From positions 52,383 to 116,382 of the IMG/VR virus record IMGVR_UViG_3300020447_000001: a stretch of 64,000 nucleotides of DNA, one strand, 5' to 3'. The notes below the pieces were generated by a model that was not told where the DNA came from, searched no databases, and saw only the letters and a list, made by a program, of their open reading frames with translations. Shown here in pieces: positions 45,867 through 55,910 of this stretch. This stretch comes from a virus. Within the stretch, counting starts at the first letter, position 1; each line of letters starts with the position of its first letter. Made by a program: the position numbers and the translations under genes.

Positions 45867-47309
45867 ATGGGTAAAAAACGAAATAGTAAACCTGACTTTG
45901 ACAAGGAGATGGATGCTCTTTTGAGTTCATCTCCGGAGGATGACAAACATCTTCTTCCGAAGGAGACGGCAGAAACCACGAATATAGCTAAACCGTCAGG
46001 TTATTCTTATCCTGGCAAGACTCCGAAGACTTCAAAGAAGAAGAGAGCAGACTTAAGTGTGCAATGGAATGCAGATAATCGATCAAAGTCACTTGATGCC
46101 ATGATGGATGGTATGACACGGACTGCTCGCCAGACATTTAATGCAGACTCAGTGTTTGGATCGACTGAAGACTTTGCGCAGGTTGTTGTTGGTATTCCAT
46201 TGGGTAGTCTAGCGTTCGAGTATCTCACTGGTAATGACGTGTGGCCGTTGAGTTCACTAGCGCAGCTTTCTGGAAGATGGGGTACGTGTAAATCTACGCT
46301 TGCGTATGAGATATTTCGTTGGTTTTATGAGTTTGGCGGGAGAAGCGTTCATTTAGATACTGAGAGTAAATATAACCCTCAGCTGTGCGCAAATGTGATG
46401 CGGTATGGAGACGATGACCGCGCAGTTATTTACAATCGTTGTGAGTCGCTTGAGGATTGGCAGAGGCGGCTAGAGTTTTATGTTTCGCAGTTTAAGGCTG
46501 GCATGCTGGGAACCGCAGCTGAGCCCGGTCCTGGTAAGGTGATCCCTGTCGTTTTTGGTGTTGATAGCCTGAAAGCAGCTAGTAGCGAAGAGCGACAAGA
46601 GAAAATAAAGAAGCGAGGACACGGGGAACGAGGGTTCCCGATTGAAGCACTTAAGAACAGCGACTTTCTGTCGGGATGGAAAACGGAGCTTGATTACTGG
46701 CCTTTCAGCCTTATTCTAGTTAATCATCTCAAGGAGAAGACGGACGATCTCGGTAGGACGACTGAGTATACTCCTGGGGGTGAGTTAGTTAGCTTTTTAG
46801 AGACGTATGAGATTCGTACTTCTCTGTGGAGCAAACGAATTGCTAACAGTCAGTTTGAGGGTGTTGGTGTGAGGTTGACATGCGCGAAGAATTCTCTAGC
46901 GCCCACTAATCGACGTGTGAGAACACGGTTTATTTGGTGGACAGAGATGGACGAGAAAGGTGAGCCTCAGCAATATCACGTTTGGGATTGGAACTGGGCA
47001 ACTGTTGCAATGCTGCACGAGATCATGACAATCCACAAGGGTCCAGAGAAGGGGAGGCTAAAGAACCTGGGCTGGTCGATGGATGTTAAAAGCCCGAGTG
47101 CTGACCTTGAGTGTTTAGCTAGCGTTCCGCTATTAGGAATGAAGAAGGGCGAGTTTTTGCCTTGGCAAGAGGTTGGTGGAATGATTCACGAATCTCAGGA
47201 AGTAATGACATTGTTGCGTAAGGGACTTGGTATAGAAGTACGTCGCACGATGTCTCTGGGCGATAACTACGAAACTATCTACAGGGGCGAGCAAGCAAAA
47301 ATGAGGTAA
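45867..47309 (+). CDS. RecA/UvsX-like recombinase
   Basis: LSGRWGTCKST, LDTE, GVDSL, LVNHLK, TPGG, R...AKN. Confidence 0.8.
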   Translation: MGKKRNSKPDFDKEMDALLSSSPEDDKHLLPKETAETTNIAKPSGYSYPGKTPKTSKKKRADLSVQWNADNRSKSLDAMMDGMTRTARQTFNADSVFGSTEDFAQVVVGIPLGSLAFEYLTGNDVWPLSSLAQLSGRWGTCKSTLAYEIFRWFYEFGGRSVHLDTESKYNPQLCANVMRYGDDDRAVIYNRCESLEDWQRRLEFYVSQFKAGMLGTAAEPGPGKVIPVVFGVDSLKAASSEERQEKIKKRGHGERGFPIEALKNSDFLSGWKTELDYWPFSLILVNHLKEKTDDLGRTTEYTPGGELVSFLETYEIRTSLWSKRIANSQFEGVGVRLTCAKNSLAPTNRRVRTRFIWWTEMDEKGEPQQYHVWDWNWATVAMLHEIMTIHKGPEKGRLKNLGWSMDVKSPSADLECLASVPLLGMKKGEFLPWQEVGGMIHESQEVMTLLRKGLGIEVRRTMSLGDNYETIYRGEQAKMR

Positions 47310-47311
47310 CA

Positions 47312-47899
47312 ATGAGTGATTCTGAACATCCACTTTCTCCGTTAACTTCTAAGCTTGACGTACCTCATTATGACGACACGGATATGCGTGCCTTAAAATG
47401 GGAAACCACTAGGGTTGAGGCTACAGTGAGGCGACTGAAGTTACATAAAAATGTTTTGCATGAGCTTCGTAAGCAAGGAGGAGGTGAACTAACTTTTGAA
47501 GGATTCAACGACAGGTTTCCAAATTTTCCTGTCGTACTATTTGGGACTGCTCTTGCGGGGACGGAGCCCTTGCACAGGAATTCAGGGGCTATCCACCCCA
47601 TGTGGTTTAAGTCTTTTAGAAATTTGCCTTTCATCTCTTTTTACGAAGATGCTTTGCACGTGGCAGGGTCAGAAGGCCTGAGCGATACCGGTGGGCTTAG
47701 GCCTTTTGGTTTAGTTTTTCCTCGCAAAGGGTTCCGAGACGGGCTAATTCTTCACAATGGAGACTGGGAAGCGTTTACGGCAGACAACAGCAGTTTCCAT
47801 TTATTTAAGGGTAAGGATTTTACCTTACTTGTGCAGCCCTACGCTGCGTTTCTAGATCACGTTCGAGACGGGATAGCGTGGACTCCCATGGTCTCGTAA
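47312..47899 (+). CDS. hypothetical protein
   Basis: 195 aa; stop codon begins the palindrome. Confidence 0.6.
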   Translation: MSDSEHPLSPLTSKLDVPHYDDTDMRALKWETTRVEATVRRLKLHKNVLHELRKQGGGELTFEGFNDRFPNFPVVLFGTALAGTEPLHRNSGAIHPMWFKSFRNLPFISFYEDALHVAGSEGLSDTGGLRPFGLVFPRKGFRDGLILHNGDWEAFTADNSSFHLFKGKDFTLLVQPYAAFLDHVRDGIAWTPMVS

Positions 47900-47912
47900 A
47901 TAGTACTATTTA
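47897..47912. promoter_or_regulatory. perfect palindrome TAAATAGTACTATTTA
   Basis: Identical to 16511-16526; immediately followed by AGGAG RBS. Confidence 0.75.
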
Positions 47913-47923
47913 AGGAGTGTGTT

Positions 47924-48877
47924 ATGGCAGCAGTAGTAACAATTGAGGATAGCGGTCGGGGGGAGTTACTAAGTTCGATGCACAAGGAAACAGCGAAGGT
48001 AGCTAAGTATGGTTATCAGAAGCTAAGTCGGTTTGCGAATGCAGGCGTTCTTTTGTGTATTGAGCTTGGTTGTCAGATTGATCGGCTTACAGATAACGAA
48101 GCTGTGGCTGACGATGCTGTTGAGGTAACTAAACTTGCTGCTTACTGGGGTATTACTAATACCAATCAACTATACGAGTGGCGTAATACTGCCGCAGTAT
48201 TTTGTAAGACGACTGACGAGGAGACCGGCGAGATTGTTTATGATCAGAGTTTTATTTCTGATCAGACGCAGGATCCTCTGGTGAACGGAAAGTGTTTGCA
48301 GTTTGAGCATTTCAAGCACTTAGGTCGGGTTAGTAGTTCTAGGAAGCGAACTACGTTGTTAAATCAAACTCGCAAAAACGGCTGGTCGTCTAACGATTTG
48401 GCAAATGAGATCAAAGGATCGGTTGCGGACACTAGTAATAAGCGTAGTGCGGGTGGTCGTAAACCGGTGATTCCAGGCACGGTTTTTCAATTTGTTCAAA
48501 AGGCGTATACTCAGACGCTAAAGCTGGACAATTTTTTAATAGCTAGTGAGCCTGCGGTGTTGGACAAGTTTGAAGAAGTTTCAACCGACAAGGCTGACGA
48601 TAAGTTTATTGAGAAGATTGATAGCACTATTGGCGGTCTTGAGCATCTTCAGAAAACAATTCAACGTAATATTGACATCTTGTTAGACGGTCGTGATCGC
48701 GTAGTGACTGTTATAGAGAATACGATTGATCACGTTGAGTCGATTGATGCGGAAGACTCCGCAGAGGAGTATGTAACGGGTACGCAGATGGCAGCAAAAA
48801 TTCGGGAGGCTGTTACGCCTAAAAAGAAGAAGAAGACGGCGAAGAAACAGTTACGTCCTCGTAAGTCTAAGAAGTAA
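47924..48877 (+). CDS. hypothetical helical protein with Lys-rich tail
   Basis: 317 aa; AGGAG RBS. Confidence 0.65.
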   Translation: MAAVVTIEDSGRGELLSSMHKETAKVAKYGYQKLSRFANAGVLLCIELGCQIDRLTDNEAVADDAVEVTKLAAYWGITNTNQLYEWRNTAAVFCKTTDEETGEIVYDQSFISDQTQDPLVNGKCLQFEHFKHLGRVSSSRKRTTLLNQTRKNGWSSNDLANEIKGSVADTSNKRSAGGRKPVIPGTVFQFVQKAYTQTLKLDNFLIASEPAVLDKFEEVSTDKADDKFIEKIDSTIGGLEHLQKTIQRNIDILLDGRDRVVTVIENTIDHVESIDAEDSAEEYVTGTQMAAKIREAVTPKKKKKTAKKQLRPRKSKK

Positions 48878-49019
48878 TATTGTTGCGGGGGTCCTGGTAA
48901 GTTCCTTGGCGGGGGCTTATTGGGACTAATTTGTCTCAAAGTAGGTATGGCAGTTGGACCGTTATGCACAACCGTCGGGCTGATTGTCTGCCTGCTTTGG
49001 GCATTTTACAGGGTGTTTA

Positions 49020-49880
49020 ATGTTCAGTATATGCACAATGACGTATGGAGATCATCCTGAGCTTATAGGTCGTACTTTAGATTCCTTGAAAGCGGTTATT
49101 TTGGGTGAGCAGCAGTCTGAAGCACGCGTGACTGACGTTCGCATTGGTTTAAACGAAGTGTCTGATATTTCATTTCAGCGCGTAATGGATTGGGCTGGGC
49201 ATGTCGGTCGTTATTGTCCTGTCTTCGTTTACCACCCTACGGATAACGCTAATGTTGGAAAGTACCCGTTGATGCGACGGATGTTTCAGGAAGAGCCTTC
49301 TGTTTTAAAGGAGTCCAAGTTTGTCATGTGGTTGGATGATGATTCGTACTTCGATTTAGGGGAGTCGTCTCAGGGTTGGTGGGGGCATGTTAATCGTTGT
49401 TTGGAGGAACATACGCTTGTGGGCTTGATTCATCACATCCGTTCGAGAGGAAATCAGCATGTGGGTATCAAAGAACAACCGTGGTACAGCGGTCAATCTA
49501 TTGAAAAAGCACATAAGTTCAAGTTTGCAACTGGGGCTTGGTGGGCAACGCAGTCTTCTTTTTTAGAGAAGTGGGATTATCCGTTTACGGAGGTGTACCA
49601 TAATGGCGGGGATTCCATATTAGGGGAGTTATGCAGGCAGCAAGGAGCTTCTATTTGTGATATGAAGTCGATAGCTCAATGCCACGCTAAATGTTGCTAC
49701 AAGGGGGTAGACAGAGATTGTGTTGTGCATGTTAATGTAGGTGGGCGTGCAGGTCGTAGAGGCCTGGGCCAAAAAGCGTCAGACGAGGTGTATCCTTGGA
49801 TGCTCCACGGCACTGGGAAAGAATCTCACAATAACCACGATTTTGATTTAAAGGTTTATCGATTCGATGAAGTTCATTGA
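49020..49880 (+). CDS. GT-A fold glycosyltransferase-like protein
   Basis: MFSICTMTYG start, NVGKYP, MWLDDDSY. Confidence 0.65.
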   Translation: MFSICTMTYGDHPELIGRTLDSLKAVILGEQQSEARVTDVRIGLNEVSDISFQRVMDWAGHVGRYCPVFVYHPTDNANVGKYPLMRRMFQEEPSVLKESKFVMWLDDDSYFDLGESSQGWWGHVNRCLEEHTLVGLIHHIRSRGNQHVGIKEQPWYSGQSIEKAHKFKFATGAWWATQSSFLEKWDYPFTEVYHNGGDSILGELCRQQGASICDMKSIAQCHAKCCYKGVDRDCVVHVNVGGRAGRRGLGQKASDEVYPWMLHGTGKESHNNHDFDLKVYRFDEVH

Positions 49881-50235
49881 TAAATATATAAATGTAGATC
49901 AGCATATTGAACGTAAGCAACAACCTGTGTTTATGTTGGAATTTGACCCGGCTAAAGAGTATCACGTAGCCACGTCTTCAATAGCTACGGAAGACATTGA
50001 GTGGTCTATCTCTAGAAGCGGGGATAAGGTGCGTGTTCCAGTCTTTGCATATAGAACTGTCGAGAAGATGGATACGTCTGTGTGGGGGGCAGGGATACAG
50101 TGTGGTTTACGTGCGCTTCATTCGTGGGGGGATAAACCAGACAGTGTGGTGTTAATTTTTGGTGACAAATGCCATGAGGTTGAAGGGGGTTATCGAGTTT
50201 ATCTCGGTTTTGTAATGGTAAAGGATAAAAAATGA
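49867..50235 (+). CDS. hypothetical protein
   Basis: Overlap-coupled ORF. Confidence 0.55.
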   Translation: MKFIDKYINVDQHIERKQQPVFMLEFDPAKEYHVATSSIATEDIEWSISRSGDKVRVPVFAYRTVEKMDTSVWGAGIQCGLRALHSWGDKPDSVVLIFGDKCHEVEGGYRVYLGFVMVKDKK

Positions 50236-50552
50236 TCGAAACAATAGGTGAAATACACCCTAAACGTCGAGCAATCGACGAGTATTTTCATAACGTAGCG
50301 GAGACTGAGGCTATTGTTTTTGACGGGCTAGATGCAGCTATCTTAGGTGTGGCGGAGCAGCACGCGGGTGTAGGTCCCCTTGTAGCTTATTCTATGTCAA
50401 AGATTATTGGGTGCTATGAATCGCAAGGTATGTCCTATGAAGACGCAGTCGAGTTTTTTGCCCACAATTGTCAGTGCCTTGGTGTAGGAGAAGGCACTCC
50501 TATTATTGTGGATGATTTATGTATAGAGCTACAGGAGGTCGAAGATGAGTAA
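50232..50552 (+). CDS. conserved hypothetical phage protein
   Basis: DGLDAAILG...AYS..KI...GMSYEDAVEFF..N...TPI. Confidence 0.65.
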   Translation: MIETIGEIHPKRRAIDEYFHNVAETEAIVFDGLDAAILGVAEQHAGVGPLVAYSMSKIIGCYESQGMSYEDAVEFFAHNCQCLGVGEGTPIIVDDLCIELQEVEDE

Positions 50553-50922
50553 TGCAATTGAAGATTACATGGACGCACTTGATTACAACGTCGCGAGTTT
50601 AACGAGTTCTTTAATCGCTTGGAGGTCATTTGCGGACGATTCAATACCTATTGTGACTTATCGTGCAGCTGCATACGGCGAGAAATCCGTTGATGTATCT
50701 ACTGACTTATCGGAGCTATCTGCGGATGATTCACAGACGGTTAAGTCAATTTTTTCGCAGCATCACGGCGAGAAGACGATAAAGTTTTTGCGAGAGATTG
50801 AGGCCGTAGCCAAGCACTTTAGAGGACACTTAACGCAGACTCCACAGGAAGTAGAGGAGGACATTCCTGAGGCTTCTTACCCGGAGGGTAATCATGGAAA
50901 CAATATCGACGATTTCGAATAA
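50545..50922 (+). CDS. hypothetical protein
   Basis: Overlap-coupled ORF. Confidence 0.55.
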   Translation: MSNAIEDYMDALDYNVASLTSSLIAWRSFADDSIPIVTYRAAAYGEKSVDVSTDLSELSADDSQTVKSIFSQHHGEKTIKFLREIEAVAKHFRGHLTQTPQEVEEDIPEASYPEGNHGNNIDDFE

Positions 50923-51817
50923 TGAACGTTATGACATTTCGGGTGTTCTTCGTCGTCGTGATCAATTGATGAAGGCTCTTGTTTCTCGTTATGCGGGTGT
51001 GACTCTAGAGGGAGCGACTTTTGGAGTATTTGTCACCGACGTTTGCGAGGAGCTACCTATAGCTTGCCGAACAGAGGCAGTTGCACAGTCGCTTTTTGAG
51101 TACGTAGGATCGTCCCCAACCTCAAAAGATCTTTTTCATACTTTTTGGAGGTTGTCGGCCAATGTTAAATCTTTGTGTGCTGGTGACGTGGTACATCCAT
51201 GGAATGAGCAAAGGAACAAGGAGTGGGTTCCGGTACAAGTTCTTGACGCACAAATTCATCGAGCTTTAAAGACGTTGGTATACGGAGTTACCGTACAAGT
51301 TTTATCTGGCAGTGCTTGTCCCCTTCGGATGCACCAAGATTGGTCAACAAAAAAGGTGTTTTACTTAGCTCAACATCGGGATGATCAAGGGCATGGCTTT
51401 ATGTTCTCTCGCCGGAGGGGAGTACGGCAGGAGCCCAAGTATCCGTTTGAGAACGCTAAGCAATTGTGCGGCCTTCGTTTTTTAGCGTTATTAGAACCAG
51501 CACTGTCAGAGGACGGCCCGGATTTTCGCGAGATTCGGTTTACTTCGAGTATTAGCAGTTATAATCGAGAGTTAATTAAGCGTAGGGCAAGGCTGGAGGA
51601 GCCCTTTGCTTGTCCCAAAAACTTTCCAAACACGGTTAAATGTTACAACTGCTATTTTGGACGCGATAATTGCCCTATGGCTTGTCATACAAAAACATAT
51701 GTTCTTGAAACGTGCGTATCTTGTGAAAAAGAGGCTTACTTTGATCCGCAGGATGTTATAAGTATGTACTGTGTAAACTGCACAGCTAAAAGGCGTATGA
51801 AAACGAGGACGCGATAG
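50894..51817 (+). CDS. hypothetical protein with Cys-rich C-terminus
   Basis: Multiple CxxC motifs. Confidence 0.6.
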   Translation: METISTISNNERYDISGVLRRRDQLMKALVSRYAGVTLEGATFGVFVTDVCEELPIACRTEAVAQSLFEYVGSSPTSKDLFHTFWRLSANVKSLCAGDVVHPWNEQRNKEWVPVQVLDAQIHRALKTLVYGVTVQVLSGSACPLRMHQDWSTKKVFYLAQHRDDQGHGFMFSRRRGVRQEPKYPFENAKQLCGLRFLALLEPALSEDGPDFREIRFTSSISSYNRELIKRRARLEEPFACPKNFPNTVKCYNCYFGRDNCPMACHTKTYVLETCVSCEKEAYFDPQDVISMYCVNCTAKRRMKTRTR

Positions 51818-52594
51818 ATGTACGATTTAGGTTTTTTAGCTAGTGGTGTAGGTAGATTTTACGAAGACATGTTGGTGCCTTTCACGTTTTTTGCCTTACG
51901 TAGCAATCCTCATAGTTTCGTTGAGATAATCGTTCGTGATCCTGCACGATTCGAGGCAATATACAGCGAGGAATTAGCTGCAATTAGGGAGGTTGTTGGC
52001 ACTTCGTTTTTGATACGGAAGTTTCAGAACGAGAAGAATCACCATCACCCTAGTGTGTATCGGTATTTTGAAGTACCTGAAGTGCGAGGAAGGTACACTT
52101 ATATCATTGACGTTGACATAATGTTACTGGAAGACATTTTGCCGAATTATCTGTCTAATTGGCCAGATAAATCTCTCCCATATAATAACGCTATACGGAA
52201 GAATTCGACGCGGATGAGTGGGGTGCACTTCGTAGAGACTGAGCGGTATTACACGCCAAAGTTAGTGCAGCGGCAGCAGGAGCTATACTCGACGCAAAAG
52301 TATATGTATGGAGGCTCTGGCAACGAAACTTACTTGTACGATTTGTGTGCGCATTCGCACGGTCTAGTTAGCGAGAGCTGTAGGTGGCGTCCCATACTCG
52401 GGGTTCATTTTTCTCCGAATCGAGGGCCGGGTAAAATCATGAAGTCGTTTACAATTCCCGCGTACTACGATGAGTTCATGGATATAGCTAAGGAATACAA
52501 GTCGTTGTTTGAGTATCCGGGGTTTTCGCAGTTGGTACATTTGTTGACTTCACAGTTTGAAGTTTCCGATGAGTTTTTGGAAAGGAGCATCTGA
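51818..52594 (+). CDS. glycosyltransferase-like protein
   Basis: YIIDVDIMLL (DxD) and SGVHFV. Confidence 0.5.
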   Translation: MYDLGFLASGVGRFYEDMLVPFTFFALRSNPHSFVEIIVRDPARFEAIYSEELAAIREVVGTSFLIRKFQNEKNHHHPSVYRYFEVPEVRGRYTYIIDVDIMLLEDILPNYLSNWPDKSLPYNNAIRKNSTRMSGVHFVETERYYTPKLVQRQQELYSTQKYMYGGSGNETYLYDLCAHSHGLVSESCRWRPILGVHFSPNRGPGKIMKSFTIPAYYDEFMDIAKEYKSLFEYPGFSQLVHLLTSQFEVSDEFLERSI

Positions 52595-52596
52595 CA

Positions 52597-53106
52597 ATGT
52601 TACAGGCACGGATGTCTGAGGGGGATCCTCGTTTATACAACGCTTCCCGCGATGTAGCTCATAATTTTCAACAGGTGATGGAGTTAGTCGCTAGCCGTAT
52701 TGAAGACGGTTCGTGGCCGGAATTGGATAATCACCTAAAAGAGCAAGGCGTCACCATGGATGAGCTGGGTGACGCTTGTGGTTCTTACGTCAAGTACGTA
52801 GGGCTCTCTGTAGAAAGTAAGGAGACTACTATGATTAGTGCCCTTACGAAGTCTGGTTGGTTTGAATGTAAACCACTAGCTCAGATGGCTGTGTTGGCTC
52901 TAATTGGCACAGTCATGGCGGGCATCCATTTCAAAGGGTGCCGTGAAGCCACTATAGACTCTACGGGGCCAGCTCACACAGTAGCTGAGCTTGTAGCGAA
53001 AGGCGATGAGTGCATTATGATCATGCGCACGCCCCGTTGGAAAAGACGTTTGGATGGCTTTTGGAAAAACATCAAGGTGGCTGTTCAAACTTTAAGAGGA
53101 AAATAA
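52597..53106 (+). CDS. hypothetical protein
   Basis: 169-aa ORF. Confidence 0.55.
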   Translation: MLQARMSEGDPRLYNASRDVAHNFQQVMELVASRIEDGSWPELDNHLKEQGVTMDELGDACGSYVKYVGLSVESKETTMISALTKSGWFECKPLAQMAVLALIGTVMAGIHFKGCREATIDSTGPAHTVAELVAKGDECIMIMRTPRWKRRLDGFWKNIKVAVQTLRGK

Positions 53107-53151
53107 TTTTGAAACTATTGAATAGCTTTATGCTCGAAGGAACGGGCCATT

Positions 53152-54186
53152 ATGGTAGTAAACGAATGGGAGCCGCATTTTACGGCTCGTTACGGACATA
53201 CTTTTCCTGACACTTACCTCTGTTTAGACACTGAATATACTGGAGGGGATGAGCGTACTGATTTTGTAATGGAAATCGGTCACGTGATGGTGGAGGATCG
53301 TCGTGTAGTTGATCAGTTGAATATAGTGCTAGATTGGTCTGTACATCCTGGTGTTGACGAAGAACTATTACGTTACAAATTAAACCACATCAAGTCGATA
53401 ATGGGGCGTGATTGGCGTATAACATGGGATGTTATGAAGGAGGAGGGCGTTGCCCCGGCTAAAGCGCTTCGTTTTTATAAGAAGTTTTTCAAGGCTTGGA
53501 ATACAAGAGATTTGCCATATGTTGCTCACAACGGAAGAGTAGCTGAGGAGCGTATGTTACGAGGGACATTCAACAGATATCTTGATCATGCTTTTGTGAT
53601 AGGAGACAACCAATTGTGGGATACTGGAGCAATATTTAAAGCTACAGCACTGTTAGACTCATTAGATCCGTCTCATTCCGCGCATCGTTGGAAATGTTTT
53701 CCTAAACGAACTGATTCGATGAAGGATTATTTCAATCGCGTTTTGAATGTTCGGGCAAGAGGTATTAGGTGGAAATTAAAACTGTGTCTGGAGCAATATG
53801 AAGTTACGAATCAGCTCCAGGACGATCATCGATATCATCAAGCAGTGTACGATGCTTATTGTTCTTACCTGTTAATGGAGGCTTACCGTAAGGAGGTTAC
53901 GAGGTGTAACCTTGGCAAACCATTGGAGGCTCAGGAGATGCAGACTTTTGAGCAGAGCGACGATAATTTTCCTGAGTTTGTAGAGGTGCCAAGGCAGCCT
54001 TTAGAAGATAAATCCCGAGAAACAGTTCCTGCTTCGGTAGTTACAGCTCTGCCTCCCAGTCCGGAATTTACAAAGCCAAAATCAGAACAACTGGCTGAAC
54101 AGCACAACTCTAAATCGGAGGGGGATGCCGTTGAGTCAAAGACACAGTTTTTACGTGGAAGAAAGCGGGGACAAAGAGTGGTATGA
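53152..54186 (+). CDS. DEDDh 3'-5' exonuclease
   Basis: CLDTEYTG, VAHNG, WDTG, HQAVYDA. Confidence 0.8.
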   Translation: MVVNEWEPHFTARYGHTFPDTYLCLDTEYTGGDERTDFVMEIGHVMVEDRRVVDQLNIVLDWSVHPGVDEELLRYKLNHIKSIMGRDWRITWDVMKEEGVAPAKALRFYKKFFKAWNTRDLPYVAHNGRVAEERMLRGTFNRYLDHAFVIGDNQLWDTGAIFKATALLDSLDPSHSAHRWKCFPKRTDSMKDYFNRVLNVRARGIRWKLKLCLEQYEVTNQLQDDHRYHQAVYDAYCSYLLMEAYRKEVTRCNLGKPLEAQEMQTFEQSDDNFPEFVEVPRQPLEDKSRETVPASVVTALPPSPEFTKPKSEQLAEQHNSKSEGDAVESKTQFLRGRKRGQRVV

Positions 54187-54767
54187 AAGAAAAGGATGGT
54201 TATGCCCAGTTACAGGAGTTTTTACAAAGTTTGCCTAAAGAAGATAAGGAGTTTTTAACCTTGTATGTGGGGATTGACCCTGGCGCTACTGGAGCCATCG
54301 CATTTTTACATCCCACAAATTCTCGGAAGTCGATATCAGTGGATATTCCTACTGTGCGTATAGCTATGTCTCGTAAGACAGCTAGCGGCAACCTTAGTTA
54401 TCGTACTCAAACGGATTTAGGGTCTTTATGGGACATATTTCTTGCTTGCAAACCTCTGTGGCACAAGCTTTTTGTTGTCATTGAGCATCAGCAACCTATT
54501 CCCCGAGATACGGCCTTGACGGGATTTACGGTCGGTAAGAATTTTGGCATGTGGCCTTTATTTTTGTACAGCCACGGCATAGTTCATGATACTATTCGAC
54601 CTGTTAAATGGAAAAAAGCACAAGGGTTGATAAAGCAGGACAAGGAAGCCGCAAGGTTGCGAGCTCAGAAGCTGTTTCCTAATGCGTCGTTAAACCGTAA
54701 AAAGGATCATAATCGTGCGGAAGCTTTACTTATTGTCGAGACGTACAGAGCAGCGAGGGAACGATAA
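54183..54767 (+). CDS. ruvC: RuvC-like Holliday junction resolvase
   Basis: VGIDPGATGAIA, VIEHQ, P..WKK, AEALLI. Confidence 0.85.
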   Translation: MKEKDGYAQLQEFLQSLPKEDKEFLTLYVGIDPGATGAIAFLHPTNSRKSISVDIPTVRIAMSRKTASGNLSYRTQTDLGSLWDIFLACKPLWHKLFVVIEHQQPIPRDTALTGFTVGKNFGMWPLFLYSHGIVHDTIRPVKWKKAQGLIKQDKEAARLRAQKLFPNASLNRKKDHNRAEALLIVETYRAARER

Positions 54768-55903
54768 TGGAACATGATCATAACTATTTAAAGGGGGATA
54801 CGGTCGGTAAAAAGGCGTCCTCTGATGATCCTGTAGATCAAGCAAAAGAAGCAGTTGCAGAAAAGTCTAAGGAAGCGGCTGAGCTAGAGGATAGGTTTAC
54901 TGCGTTGTCTGACCGTGCGCAGGGGCTTGTAGTTTCTGACCAGGGGTTGCGGCAGCTAGTGGGGGCGATGGTAGCTTCTCGCCAATTGTATGCGATGGCA
55001 ATTCACGATTTAGACGCGAGATTAGATTCTGAAAAAATGCCGTATACGGATATCTCAGATGAGGATCGGTCTCCCTTAAAAGAAATATTTATCAGTTCAG
55101 CCGCTACTCAAGCTGCGCATCCGTTTGAGGAGGGCGATTTACTCTCTGGTTTTCGAGATACGGTCATTCCTTGGATGGAGACTGTGTCGGCTGCGCATAC
55201 TGCGGAAGAAGCACGTGCTTTAAAAGAAGATTATGAGGCTTCTGAGGCGGAGCGTCGGGCTAAAGATGTTGTATTGGGTTTAGACTTGCGTCCCGCAGAG
55301 GAGGAGTTTTTAGATCGTGAGCGTAGTTTGGTATTAGTGGGGTGGGGACCAGCGTTAGCTTACTTGTCGGGCAAGATTATTGCTAATTCCTTGACGAATG
55401 TGTTGGATTTCAACCAAGTACTACATCTGGCAAAGTCACCTAGTAAGCAAGGAGATCACAGGTTACTGGAAATAGGCGGAAAAGCGTGGGAGAATTGTGC
55501 CAAGAGCAATAACAGTTGGAACAAGCTTTTTGCGACAAGCTACTTAGAGAAGTTATCTGCGCCTTTGGATTTGTTTATCGTATCTGATTTATCTGCGACT
55601 AATGTCGGTAACACGTTTCAACATGAAGCATCTCGCGGTGCCGAGGCGCAAAAGCGTTTGCGTAAGTGGGCGACTATAATGGGGGCTGCGATGATTGGAT
55701 GTATGCCGCAGGAGACGATGAAGGGAATAGATCTAAATACTCCTACGTGGGAAAAATTACGTATGTTTACACGTCTTCGTGCGGTGGATGTTAAGACGCG
55801 GGACGACGGCGATTACGATATTACTGTAGGCAGACATGTCCTACATAAAGTAGCGAAAAGCGAAGTAGATATTTTCAATCCTAGCGATATTATTACACCG
55901 TGA
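54767..55903 (+). CDS. hypothetical protein
   Basis: 378 aa; TAATG coupling. Confidence 0.6.
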   Translation: MEHDHNYLKGDTVGKKASSDDPVDQAKEAVAEKSKEAAELEDRFTALSDRAQGLVVSDQGLRQLVGAMVASRQLYAMAIHDLDARLDSEKMPYTDISDEDRSPLKEIFISSAATQAAHPFEEGDLLSGFRDTVIPWMETVSAAHTAEEARALKEDYEASEAERRAKDVVLGLDLRPAEEEFLDRERSLVLVGWGPALAYLSGKIIANSLTNVLDFNQVLHLAKSPSKQGDHRLLEIGGKAWENCAKSNNSWNKLFATSYLEKLSAPLDLFIVSDLSATNVGNTFQHEASRGAEAQKRLRKWATIMGAAMIGCMPQETMKGIDLNTPTWEKLRMFTRLRAVDVKTRDDGDYDITVGRHVLHKVAKSEVDIFNPSDIITP

Positions 55904-55910
55904 GGGAAAA

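Noticed and set aside
48879-49070. Hydrophobic reading frame between 47924-48877 and the GT gene
   Set aside because: No clear start codon or RBS, and it overlaps the GT start; cannot be supported.
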